Positions 16,821 through 26,445 of a stretch of 26,823 bases of DNA are shown piece after piece. The position numbers were made by a program, and so were the translations under genes. Position 1 is the stretch's first letter. Every line of letters begins with the position of its first letter. The notes under the pieces are model-generated. The model was given only the letters and a program-made list of their open reading frames with translations, was not told where the DNA came from and made no database searches. The DNA is from Bifidobacterium breve (GTDB lineage Bacteria > Actinomycetota > Acidimicrobiia > Acidimicrobiales > Ilumatobacteraceae), in contig CALPPJ020000001.1 of assembly GCA_943325425.2 (NCBI GenBank), positions 1 through 26,823 of the forward strand, written 5' to 3'.

Positions 16821-18594
16821 CTCGACCCCCCGGTTGAAATGTTCGTGCTGCCAGCCACATTAGCAATGACTCAGCAGCTGCTAGAGCCGTGCGCTCATTG
16901 TCAAGATTCTCAAGTTGCACTCGAGCATCACGATCTTCGCGAATCTCTTCGGGTATCGCTATTCGTGTTCGTTGCGACAGAATTCGCCGAACGGTCACCC
17001 CAATGAGATTGAGAGCTACCGAACTGGGTTCAATCTCAATATCAGTAACAGCAGCCCGTTCGAGCATTTCGCGAACCTCAGGATCAGCGATTCCGAGAGC
17101 GTTATTCAGCAAACTGCCCGTTTCAATTTCGGATGCAGTTGCCAATGTCAGAAAGGCACGGCGAGGAATTTCCGAGACAAAGAGCGCCTCAATCAACCAC
17201 GGCGCAATGTCGTCCCAACTTTGCAACAGCAAACTAATCGCAATGAATTCAGCATTTTCAGAAACGCCAACGCCGCGAGAAACTGGCGCAGCCACTACTG
17301 GTTGAGCCGAACGACGTTCAGCCAACCGACTCAAATCGGCGACCGGCAGACCAACGCGAGCGGCAATTTCACCGGCATATAGTTTGCGCACATTCACATC
17401 GGGATGTTCGTTAATCACTTCCATTGCTTGCGCGGCAAGCCGTGCCCGATCTTCTGGACTTCGTAAAGGCTTGCCAGATACAACACGATTCACGCGGAAA
17501 CCCAGGAACGGAACCGCTTCATCAATTGCTGCAGCCAACGCCGCCGGATCGGAGATCGCCAGATCGCCTGGGTCTTTGCCGTCTGGAAACTTCGCCACTG
17601 AAACTTGAACCTGATACTTCTTTTCCCATTCGTAGAACTTCTCAGCTGCCCCTTGACCCGCGGCGTCCGCATCAAAGGCCAACACCACTTTGCTGGCAAA
17701 ACGTTTCAAGATACGAACATGTTCTTCGGTCAGCGATGTTCCACATGTTGCCACCGCCCGCGTCACGCCTGATCGATGAAATCCGATGACGTCGGTATAG
17801 CCCTCACACACGATGACTTGATCGGCTTTAACGACGTCATTCTTCGCCCAGTTCAGGCCATACAGAGTTTTTGACTTGAAATAGATTTTGGTTTCAGATG
17901 AGTTTTTGTACTTAGCAGGGTCGGCACTCCCGGGCAAGATACGGCCACCGAAAGCGACTGGATCTCCGTTGTCGCTGAAGATCGGAAACATAATGCGCGC
18001 CCGAAACGAATCTTGTAAACGATTCGCCTTATTGGTGAATGCCAAACCGACATCGCTGAGCACATCGGCAGCGAATCCCTTTTTGACGAGATGTTGACTT
18101 AACGCGTCCCATTCGTCGGGTGCATAACCCAACTGGAACTGTCGAGCAACGTCTCCAGCCAAACCACGGTCGCGCAAATAGTCGCGTGCCGCCCGAGCAT
18201 CAGGTGAATGAAGAAGGCGCTGGTGATACCAATCAACAGCCTCCGCCATTGCGCCAATAAGTTTCTTACGTCGCTGACGATCTTGGCTTTCGCCACCGGT
18301 CGTATACGTGAGCGTGATGTTCGCCCGAGCTGCCAACTTTTCCACCGATGATACAAAGTCAATATGTTCAATTTCTTGAACAAAGGTGAACACATCGCCC
18401 GCGGCCTGACATCCGAAGCACTTATAACGACCGGTTTCTTCGCGGACGTTAAACGAGCCACTCTTCTCGGTATGAAATGGGCAGAGACCCACCCAGTTTC
18501 GTCCTGCTTTACGTAAAGCCACATATTGCTGAACAACCTCAACGATAGATGTGGATGCCCGCACCCTCTCGATGTCGTCTTCAACAAATGCCAT
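16801..18594 (-). CDS. dnaG: DNA primase
   Basis: CHC2 Zn finger (CPFH...CFGC), FGGR, KYKNS, TOPRIM (EGYTD, DAD), GKDP. Confidence 0.97.
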   Translation of the reverse strand: MAFVEDDIERVRASTSIVEVVQQYVALRKAGRNWVGLCPFHTEKSGSFNVREETGRYKCFGCQAAGDVFTFVQEIEHIDFVSSVEKLAARANITLTYTTGGESQDRQRRKKLIGAMAEAVDWYHQRLLHSPDARAARDYLRDRGLAGDVARQFQLGYAPDEWDALSQHLVKKGFAADVLSDVGLAFTNKANRLQDSFRARIMFPIFSDNGDPVAFGGRILPGSADPAKYKNSSETKIYFKSKTLYGLNWAKNDVVKADQVIVCEGYTDVIGFHRSGVTRAVATCGTSLTEEHVRILKRFASKVVLAFDADAAGQGAAEKFYEWEKKYQVQVSVAKFPDGKDPGDLAISDPAALAAAIDEAVPFLGFRVNRVVSGKPLRSPEDRARLAAQAMEVINEHPDVNVRKLYAGEIAARVGLPVADLSRLAERRSAQPVVAAPVSRGVGVSENAEFIAISLLLQSWDDIAPWLIEALFVSEIPRRAFLTLATASEIETGSLLNNALGIADPEVREMLERAAVTDIEIEPSSVALNLIGVTVRRILSQRTRIAIPEEIREDRDARVQLENLDNERTALAAAESLLMWLAARTFQPGGRGDNSEE

Positions 18595-18601
18595 GCAGGT
18601 G

Positions 18602-18607
18602 AGACTA
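18602..18607 (-). promoter_or_regulatory. -10 element, probable leaderless dnaG start (overlaps the terC stop codon)
   Basis: TAGTCT-N7-ATG with no SD. Confidence 0.5.
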
Positions 18608-19591
18608 ATCCACCGGTGTCTGAGCAGGTTTATCCCGATCGGTCTTCATGGAGAATCCAATCGAGACGACGAGAACGATGATGATAACGACGAGCGAAAG
18701 CCACGTTGGGATGTGGTACCACTTGTGAATCAGCATCTTGATACCCACGAATGCCAGGATGATCGCCAATCCCTCTTTGAGATAACTGAATCGAGCATGA
18801 GCATCGGCAAGCAAGAAATACAAGGCCCGAAGGCCAAGGATGGCAAACGCATTAGACGAAAAAACGATGAATTGCTCTCGACTCACCGCCAAAACAGCCG
18901 GCACCGAATCAACCGCGAACAACACATCAGTGAATTCGATGAGCACCAAAACTGCAAAAAGTGGCGTTGCTAACCGCACCCCATTTTTTCGTGTAAAGAG
19001 TTTTTGTCCATCAAGATCGGGGGTGCTCGGCACAACACGATTGATTAACTTCATAAAGCGACCAGATGCGGGATCTAGTTCTTCTTCGGCTTCAACGACC
19101 AACTTCACCGCCGTGTAGATCAAGAATCCGCCAAAGACGTAGAGGACCCACGAAAACTTCTCGATCAACGCGACACCGGCAAAAATGAAAATGGCCCGCA
19201 GAGCAAGTGCTCCGAAGATTCCCCAGAACAAAACTCGATGCTGATACTTCAAGGGGATCTTGTAGAAACTCAGAATCAGAGCCCAGACAAACACATTGTC
19301 AATACTCAGACTTTTCTCGATGAGATACCCGCTGATGTATTCGCCCGATGCTGCTCCGCCAAACGCAATCGCAATCACCCCGGTAAACGCGAGACCTATT
19401 GATATCCAGACAGCGCTTTCAATCAGAGCTTCACGTGGACCAACATCGTGGGCATTTCGGTGAATGACCAAAATATCAACCGCCAACAACACACAGATAA
19501 AGGCCAATAGAGCAACCCATGCCCAACTAGGAACATCGAGATCAACGAAATTGACTTTTGAGGATTCAGTTAGAAAAAAAAGAGAAATCAT
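18605..19591 (-). CDS. terC: TerC/Alx family metal (Mn) homeostasis membrane protein
   Basis: YLIEKSLSIDN, QHRVLFWG, DVLFAVDSVPA, LGLRALYF; multiple TM helices. Confidence 0.92.
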   Translation of the reverse strand: MISLFFLTESSKVNFVDLDVPSWAWVALLAFICVLLAVDILVIHRNAHDVGPREALIESAVWISIGLAFTGVIAIAFGGAASGEYISGYLIEKSLSIDNVFVWALILSFYKIPLKYQHRVLFWGIFGALALRAIFIFAGVALIEKFSWVLYVFGGFLIYTAVKLVVEAEEELDPASGRFMKLINRVVPSTPDLDGQKLFTRKNGVRLATPLFAVLVLIEFTDVLFAVDSVPAVLAVSREQFIVFSSNAFAILGLRALYFLLADAHARFSYLKEGLAIILAFVGIKMLIHKWYHIPTWLSLVVIIIVLVVSIGFSMKTDRDKPAQTPVD

Positions 19592-20313
19592 TAGGCGCGA
19601 TTAAACAATCCGCCAATGGATCCGCCGCTCGTTGCTCCACCGGTCGGCATCATGCTCTGAATCCAACCTAATAGTTCGTTCGGGTTACGGGTTTGAGTCC
19701 ACACTTTTCCAGGACCCGTGAAATCGAAAACGAGACCTTCGCCACTCTTGAAAGTCTGCATCAAGCCACCGCTGGCTTGACGAATATTCATTGACACCGT
19801 GCCTTCGTACGCGACCATGTGCCCAGTATCAACCGTTAGCGATTGACCGGCTTGCAAGTCCCACACTTCAAGGGCTCCGTAACAGGCAAATACAACTGGA
19901 CCTTGACCTTCAGCACGGATAATGAATCCGCCTTCAGAGCCAAACATATTCTTGAACCCACCCCATTGTGTATCAATGGTGACATTGGTGTCGTTGGCCA
20001 GCCATGAACCTTTTTGAATGAATAGCGGTGTTGCCGACGTGACATCAAAAGCAACGATGTCGCCAGGCAAACGCGCCGCCACATCAACAAATCCACCATT
20101 GGCTGGCGCGGTGTAGGTACTCACGAAGAAACTTTCGCCCCCAAGCGCGGCGCGCTTGAGGCTCTTCATGATTCCGCCTTCGGCCTTAGCGGCCAATGTG
20201 ACACCAGTCGACATCGTCATCATGGCGCCACTTTCGACGCGCACCGGTTCATTGCCAGCCAAAGTAATTCGGGCTACGCCATATGCGGGTCCCTGTCGAG
20301 TCTGAATCTGCAT
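19591..20313 (-). CDS. TIGR00266 / AIM24 (DUF124) family protein
   Basis: ESGAM, LGGESFF, GGEG-like GSEG, VDTGHMVA, SGEGLV..FTGPGKVW.QTR. GGAGG SD 6 nt before ATG 20313. Confidence 0.9.
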   Translation of the reverse strand: MQIQTRQGPAYGVARITLAGNEPVRVESGAMMTMSTGVTLAAKAEGGIMKSLKRAALGGESFFVSTYTAPANGGFVDVAARLPGDIVAFDVTSATPLFIQKGSWLANDTNVTIDTQWGGFKNMFGSEGGFIIRAEGQGPVVFACYGALEVWDLQAGQSLTVDTGHMVAYEGTVSMNIRQASGGLMQTFKSGEGLVFDFTGPGKVWTQTRNPNELLGWIQSMMPTGGATSGGSIGGLFNRA

Positions 20314-20339
20314 CACAATCCTCCAAGTTTATTTGTTAT

Positions 20340-23024
20340 TTACTTTGTGTCTGATTTTTTCTTACCGCCCGAAGCGAGCACTGCTTGTGCAACGGCAAGG
20401 CGGGCAATAGGAACACGGAACGGTGAACAACTCACGTAGTCAAGTCCCACTCGATAAAAAAGGTCAATTGATTCAGGGTCGCCGCCGTGTTCACCGCAGA
20501 CACCTAGTTTGATACCGGGCTTGGCAGCACGACCACGCTTGGCAGCAATTTCAACCAATTCGCCAACACCGTCTTGATCGATGGTCTCAAACGGATTGCG
20601 CTTCAACAACCCACCTTCTAGATAAGCCGGCATCATGCGACTCTCAATATCGTCACGGCTGAAACCAAAAGTCATTTGCGTCAGGTCGTTAGTACCAAAG
20701 CTAAAGAAATCGGCTTCTTCTGATAACTCATCGGCCCGCAAAGCCGCTCGAGGAGTTTCAATCATGGTTCCGATTGAAACTTTGGGCTTCTTCGTTGAAC
20801 CCTTTGTCGCGTCAGCGATGCCCTTCACGACCCACGAACGAGCCAAAGCCAATTCTTCACGCGTCACAGTGAGTGGAATCATGACTTCAACAATGGGCTT
20901 ACCGCCCTTGGTAACACGGTCAGCGGCAGCTTCCATGAGTGCCTGCACTTGCATGGCGTACAAACCTGGCTTCACAACACCAAGACGCACGCCACGTGTT
21001 CCGAGCATGGGGTTGTGTTCGGCCCATTCATGAGCAGCTTTCAACAACTGTGCTTTTTCAGTGGTCCACTCAGCAGCGGGCGTGGTGGCCTTTTCAATTT
21101 CAAGTTCGTGCACGTTCGGCAAGAACTCGTGCAAGGGCGGATCCAGCAAACGCACAGTGACGGGCAATCCATCCATGGCTTTCAAGATGTCAATGAAGTC
21201 TTTCTTTTGCACCTTGCGCAATTCTTCAAGAGCACTAGCTTCTTCTTCTGCGCTTTGCGCCAAGATCATGCGGCGGACAACAGGCAGGCGATCTTCGGCT
21301 AAGAACATGTGCTCGGTACGGCACAAACCAATACCTTCGGCACCAAGTTTGCGAGCGTTCGTTGCATCTTCACCAGTGTCAGCGTTGGCACGTACTGCCA
21401 TCTTGCCCTTACGAACTTGATCGCACCACTGCAAGATAATTTCGAATTCTTTTGGTGGCTTTGCATCTTGCAATTCAAGTGAACCAAGAACTACTTCACC
21501 AGTTGTCCCGTCAAGAGAAATAATGTCGCCTTCTTTGACAACGATGTCGCCGACCGAGAATTGCTTCCCATCAATCTTGACAGCCTCGGCGCCAACAACA
21601 GCAGGAGTACCCCAACCACGGGCCACGACAGCGGCGTGACTCACTAGGCCACCACGGGCGGTCAAGATACCTTCAGACACCATCATTCCGTGAACGTCTT
21701 CGGGACTTGTTTCACTTCGAACCAAGATGACCTTTTCACCGCGATCTGACGCATCAGCTGCTTCGTCAGCGGTGAAGTACACCTTGCCCACGGCAGCACC
21801 AGGTGAGGCTGCGAGACCCTTAGCAATGACCTTCTTTGCACCAGCCTGAAACTGCGGGTGCAGAACTTGATCAAGATGTTCGGCAGCAACGCGAGTAATT
21901 GCTTCTTCTTTGCTGATCTTCCAAGAATTTTTCTTGCCCTGAGAACCAACAGTTCCCTTGGTCATGTCGACAGCCATGCGCAAAGCAGCTGCGCCAGTGC
22001 GCTTGCCAACACGAGTCTGCAACATCCACAACTTGCCTTGTTCAATAGTGAACTCGGTATCGCACATGTCTTTGTAGTGCGCTTCAAGGCGCACAAAGAT
22101 CGCCATCAATTCATCATGAATCTTCGGGAACTTCGACTTCAAAGCATCTAAGTCTTCGGTGTTACGAATACCAGCAACCACGTCTTCACCCTGGGCATTG
22201 ACCAAGAAGTCACCGTACGGAACATTTTCGCCAGTTGCAGCGTTACGAGTAAAACCGACTCCCGTACCCGAATTATCGTCTCGGTTACCAAACACCATCG
22301 TTTGCACGTTGACGGCGGTACCCAAATTGTGATCAATCTTTTCGCGAACGCGGTAGGCAATAGCGCGAGCACCATTCCAACTCTTGAAGACTGCTTCAAC
22401 TGCACCACGCAACTGCGCTTCGGGCTTCTGCGGAAACGCCTTACCAGTCTCTTTCTTGACGACCTCAAGGTACTGCACGCACAGTTCTTTCAACACTGTT
22501 GAGGTCAACTCGGCGTCGGTCTTGACTTTGGCCTTTTCTTTGGCGGCCTCAAGTGGATGCTCGAAGTGGTGACCTTCAACGCCAAGAACAATGCGTCCGT
22601 ACATCGCAATGAAGCGACGATATGAGTCATAAGCGAAACGCTCGTCGCCGGTGACCTTGGCAAGACCCTTCACACTCTTATCATTGAGGCCAAGATTGAG
22701 GACTGTATCCATCATGCCTGGCATTGAGAATTTGGCACCCGACCGAACGCTGACGAGCAACGGGTCATTGGGATCTCCCAAATTGCGACCCATCGCCTTT
22801 TCAAGTTTCGCAATTTGGGTTTTTATCTCGGCGTCAATGCTCTTGGGCCAGCCGCCCACCATGTAGTCGCGACACGCGTCGGTGCTAATCGTGAAACCAG
22901 GTGGAACCGGCAACTTCAAAACGCTGGTCATCTCGGCAAGATTGGCGCCCTTACCCCCGAGCAGATCTTTCATCTGCATTGGGGGGCGGCGATGTTTCTG
23001 ATCAAATGAGTAAACGTACGGCAC
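20340..23024 (-). CDS. ppdK: Pyruvate, phosphate dikinase
   Basis: GGKGANLAEM, SVRSGA..SMPGMMDT, phospho-His GGLVSHAAVVARG, GLCRTEHM, CGEHGGDP. Start GTG 23024 (alternative 23030). Confidence 0.97.
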   Translation of the reverse strand: MPYVYSFDQKHRRPPMQMKDLLGGKGANLAEMTSVLKLPVPPGFTISTDACRDYMVGGWPKSIDAEIKTQIAKLEKAMGRNLGDPNDPLLVSVRSGAKFSMPGMMDTVLNLGLNDKSVKGLAKVTGDERFAYDSYRRFIAMYGRIVLGVEGHHFEHPLEAAKEKAKVKTDAELTSTVLKELCVQYLEVVKKETGKAFPQKPEAQLRGAVEAVFKSWNGARAIAYRVREKIDHNLGTAVNVQTMVFGNRDDNSGTGVGFTRNAATGENVPYGDFLVNAQGEDVVAGIRNTEDLDALKSKFPKIHDELMAIFVRLEAHYKDMCDTEFTIEQGKLWMLQTRVGKRTGAAALRMAVDMTKGTVGSQGKKNSWKISKEEAITRVAAEHLDQVLHPQFQAGAKKVIAKGLAASPGAAVGKVYFTADEAADASDRGEKVILVRSETSPEDVHGMMVSEGILTARGGLVSHAAVVARGWGTPAVVGAEAVKIDGKQFSVGDIVVKEGDIISLDGTTGEVVLGSLELQDAKPPKEFEIILQWCDQVRKGKMAVRANADTGEDATNARKLGAEGIGLCRTEHMFLAEDRLPVVRRMILAQSAEEEASALEELRKVQKKDFIDILKAMDGLPVTVRLLDPPLHEFLPNVHELEIEKATTPAAEWTTEKAQLLKAAHEWAEHNPMLGTRGVRLGVVKPGLYAMQVQALMEAAADRVTKGGKPIVEVMIPLTVTREELALARSWVVKGIADATKGSTKKPKVSIGTMIETPRAALRADELSEEADFFSFGTNDLTQMTFGFSRDDIESRMMPAYLEGGLLKRNPFETIDQDGVGELVEIAAKRGRAAKPGIKLGVCGEHGGDPESIDLFYRVGLDYVSCSPFRVPIARLAVAQAVLASGGKKKSDTK

Positions 23025-23072
23025 AAGCACCGAGTCTACGACTTCTCAAGTTGAGGCATAACATCAAAGTGC

Positions 23073-24317
23073 ATGCGCATTTTCGGGTTTCCAGTGCAGA
23101 TACGTCCAGGTTTCGCCCTGTTCATGTTGCTGATAGTTGTCATTAACGGAGTCCCGATGGGGCCTTGGCTCGCAGGTTCGGTTGCTGGCTTCACCTTGCT
23201 TCATGAGCTCGGCCATGCCTTCGCCGCACGACGAACCGGAGCGACGGCGCAAATTTCCCTCGATTTCTTGGCTGGATACGCCTCATTTACCCCAACACGA
23301 GACTTGCAACGCTGGGAACGAGCGGGAATCTCTTTGGCTGGACCATTCATCCAGATCGCCACCGGTTGTGTTGTCTTAATTGCACTTGGAGTCAATCCCC
23401 TCAGCCATGACCAATTCGCCGCTGACTATTGGTCATTCGCCATTTGGTGGGCGGGACCAGCAATCGGAGTTTTCAACCTGATTCCAGTTCTACCGCTTGA
23501 CGGCGGAAGTGTTGCTGCCGAGATCCTGGACTACTTTTCGCCAGGTCGAGGCCGGAACATGATGATCAAGGCGAGTCCGTTGCTCACCGCAGGAGCATTC
23601 ATCGCAATGGTCTTTGTTGATGATCTCCGCCCGCTCGCCGCGTTCGCCGCCATTTTGCTGGTTTTACAATTACAAACAATGTCGGCTTTAGCCGCAGCGA
23701 CACCTGATCGCCGCTCAGCTATGTTGGAACAGCAACGGCGACTGGCCGCCGAAGCCGAAGACACTGCGTGGAGAACCGGCCGACCAGGCATGTTGCAAAG
23801 CCCGCAGGTGATGTCGCCATGGTGGGACGCATATTCAATGATGCGTTCAGGACATTCATCAGCAACTTCGGTCATCCTCAACGACTTATTGAATACGGCG
23901 TTAGATCGTGCTCCATGGTGGCCGCCGCATGCCGCGAGCGATGAACAACTCAAACCACTCGTGCTTCAACTTCCACGTCCGATCCCCGAGCCGACTCAGA
24001 ACACTTCAGAGTTAAGCGCTGCCACCCTGCTCTCTGTGTTACGACGAACCAGTCACTACGAAGACGGCGCACGCTATGGGTCGACACTCTTCAAAGTTCA
24101 TCCGTCATCGCATGTTGCCATTGAAACCGCTCGCTGTATCGCAATGCTAGGCCATCACGACACAGCGGCTCAATGGCTCACAATTGCCGGACGAGTTGAC
24201 AATCAACACGCCCAACTTCTTCATGCAGTTGAAAACTACGCTGAGTTACAAGGGTTACGCGGGCGCACCGATATTGAAGAACTAGTGATTCAACTCAGGA
24301 ATGAAGCACTTTCATAA
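23073..24317 (+). CDS. Site-2 (M50) intramembrane metalloprotease with a long helical C-terminal extension
   Basis: HELGH, LAGP, FNLIPVLPLDGG; multiple TM helices; about 200 soluble C-terminal residues. Confidence 0.88.
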   Translation: MRIFGFPVQIRPGFALFMLLIVVINGVPMGPWLAGSVAGFTLLHELGHAFAARRTGATAQISLDFLAGYASFTPTRDLQRWERAGISLAGPFIQIATGCVVLIALGVNPLSHDQFAADYWSFAIWWAGPAIGVFNLIPVLPLDGGSVAAEILDYFSPGRGRNMMIKASPLLTAGAFIAMVFVDDLRPLAAFAAILLVLQLQTMSALAAATPDRRSAMLEQQRRLAAEAEDTAWRTGRPGMLQSPQVMSPWWDAYSMMRSGHSSATSVILNDLLNTALDRAPWWPPHAASDEQLKPLVLQLPRPIPEPTQNTSELSAATLLSVLRRTSHYEDGARYGSTLFKVHPSSHVAIETARCIAMLGHHDTAAQWLTIAGRVDNQHAQLLHAVENYAELQGLRGRTDIEELVIQLRNEALS

Positions 24318-24322
24318 CTCCG

Positions 24323-25144
24323 TTATAACGTCGTCGTCGCATCAACAACAATGCCAAGCTCAACTGCACGTCCGACATACGCAAGAGCGCAGTCCGGCGC
24401 CACCGACGTGAATTCGCCAACGGTTTCTCCGTTAACAATGACTGCATCTCCAGACTTCGCGTTTTCAACAATTGCGCCGGTTAACAAACGTAAATTCTTC
24501 GGAGCAGTCGAACCACGACTGTCCATTCGCTCAACGAGCTCTTGACCGGGGTAACAGCCTTTAGTGAAACTCACGGCAAGTGAAACAACCCCGATTGCGG
24601 CGGGCAAAGTTTCGCCTGCAATGATTTCGCAACCCATCACTGGCCAACCAGAGCGAATACGCAGTGCGTCAAATTCTTCGGGCGACACGTGAACAAATTG
24701 CGAGACCACCGAGTTGTCAATTGTTGTCAGTGGTGCATCAACAACTGCACCACTTCCCCATTGTGACACGGCAAATCCGGCTTGTTCAATTGGTGAGCCA
24801 TCCCGACTGCGCAGGCACAAATACTTTTGGGTCGAAACGGCAATGTCGGCTTTGACTCTGATCTTGAAACGATTCAAACGGGCCAGTAATTGCTCACCCA
24901 AATCTGCAACATTCTCTGTGTCAAGAACAAATGTCTCTTCTATGGTGCGGGTCACTCGAACCAAAGCAATGACTTTGCCCATGGGCTCAAGCACGAATGA
25001 ATAGCGCGACCCACCAACGGGCAACGAGGCGATGTCATTGCTCAATTGTGAGTGCAAATATTTGCCAGCGTCGGCTCCGGTAACTGTAAAGACTAAATGT
25101 TCAATTTCACAGGCGATGATGTTGTCGTTCACAGTGTTACTCAT
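24323..25144 (-). CDS. ygfZ: YgfZ/GcvT-like folate-binding protein
   Basis: VTGADAGKYLHSQLSND, KGCYPGQELVERMDSRG signature. Confidence 0.9.
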   Translation of the reverse strand: MSNTVNDNIIACEIEHLVFTVTGADAGKYLHSQLSNDIASLPVGGSRYSFVLEPMGKVIALVRVTRTIEETFVLDTENVADLGEQLLARLNRFKIRVKADIAVSTQKYLCLRSRDGSPIEQAGFAVSQWGSGAVVDAPLTTIDNSVVSQFVHVSPEEFDALRIRSGWPVMGCEIIAGETLPAAIGVVSLAVSFTKGCYPGQELVERMDSRGSTAPKNLRLLTGAIVENAKSGDAVIVNGETVGEFTSVAPDCALAYVGRAVELGIVVDATTTL

Positions 25145-26445
25145 GCTTTCGTTCCGCCTTCCAAGCGTCGCTTGGTCATTCGTCGTGCTGCAGGAATTGC
25201 AGCAAGCAGACCGGCGGCTTTATTTCGGCATTCAAGATCTTCATCGTCGGGTTCGCTGTCGGCCACAATTCCGGCACCTGCTTGCAAGTAGGCCGCCGAT
25301 TCACCAATGAACATAGTGCGAATGGCGATAGCAGTGTCAAGGTTTCCACTGAAGTCGACGTATCCGACGACCCCGGCGTACGGTCCGCGCTTCACTGGCT
25401 CGAGCTCGTCAATAATTTCCATGGCTCGCACCTTTGGTGCACCACTGACAGTGCCAGCTGGAAGAGTCGCACGCAAAACATCAATCGCAGTTTTGCCAGG
25501 CACGAGTGCTCCACTCACTTGTGAGGTGAGGTGCATGACGTGACTGTATTTCTCAAGAGTCATGAGCTCATCAACGATGACCGTGCCAAATGACGACACT
25601 CGACCCACATCGTTGCGGGCAAGATCAACCAACATCACGTGTTCGGCGACCTCTTTGGGATTTTCACGAAGTTCCGCAGCCAGACGTCGATCGTGCTCAT
25701 CGTTAGTGCCGCGTTTACGAGTACCAGCGATGGGACGACTAATCACTCGCCCACCCAGCAACTGCACCATGGGCTCAGGTGAACTACCCACGATTGTCAC
25801 GCCAGGATGACGTAAGAAATACATATACGGACTCGGGTTCACTTGGCGCAGAACGCGGTACATATCAAATGGATCAGCCTCTAGTTGCAATTCGTAGCGC
25901 TGAGATAACACAACTTGAAAGATGTCGCCGGCACGGATGTACTCCTTCGCAACTTCGACTGCTCGCTGATATGCACCATTTGGCATTGACGATGTAGCAA
26001 CTGGAAGTACATCATCTCTTTGCGGTGGCTCAACTGGCGTATACGGCAACGGTCGCGCAAGTTCATCAACTGCATTCAATGCTCGCACCGATGCCTCGTC
26101 GTACAGGCGATTCAATTCATCGGTCGTGAAATTCTCCGAGTTTTGACCAACAACAGGCACGCTTTCGATGAGATACACCCGTTGACGCCAGTGATCGAAT
26201 GCGGCCAATGATCCGATCACACTCATGACCCCATCAGGCATATGCCGATCGTCGTGAGGAACATTGGGCAATGACTCCACTTCGCGTACAACGTCATAGC
26301 CAAGAAAGCCCATGACTCCGCCTTGTAACGGAGGAAGGTCAGCAATGACCGGACTGCGGTATTCAAGCAACAAGGCTTCAATCGCCGCCAGCATTCCTTG
26401 ATCGCGTGGCACCGATGCCGGAATTTCGCCCGTGATCTTGAGTTG
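25141..26445 (-). CDS. trpE: Anthranilate synthase component I, 5'-truncated at ~26,446
   Basis: GFLGYD, AGDIFQVV, NPSPYMYF, SRPIAGT, EHVMLVDLARND, PAGTVSGAPK, QAGAGIV. The expected N-terminus (including the LLES-type motif) is missing. A pabB paralog is not fully excluded. Confidence 0.85.
   Translation of the reverse strand, partial: QLKITGEIPASVPRDQGMLAAIEALLLEYRSPVIADLPPLQGGVMGFLGYDVVREVESLPNVPHDDRHMPDGVMSVIGSLAAFDHWRQRVYLIESVPVVGQNSENFTTDELNRLYDEASVRALNAVDELARPLPYTPVEPPQRDDVLPVATSSMPNGAYQRAVEVAKEYIRAGDIFQVVLSQRYELQLEADPFDMYRVLRQVNPSPYMYFLRHPGVTIVGSSPEPMVQLLGGRVISRPIAGTRKRGTNDEHDRRLAAELRENPKEVAEHVMLVDLARNDVGRVSSFGTVIVDELMTLEKYSHVMHLTSQVSGALVPGKTAIDVLRATLPAGTVSGAPKVRAMEIIDELEPVKRGPYAGVVGYVDFSGNLDTAIAIRTMFIGESAAYLQAGAGIVADSEPDDEDLECRNKAAGLLAAIPAARRMTKRRLEGGTKA

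Noticed and set aside
19574-19581. T8 homopolymer at the terC 5' end as a phase-variation tract or terminator U-tract
   Set aside because: The tract is short, the frame is intact and coupled to the upstream gene, and there is no strong adjacent hairpin.
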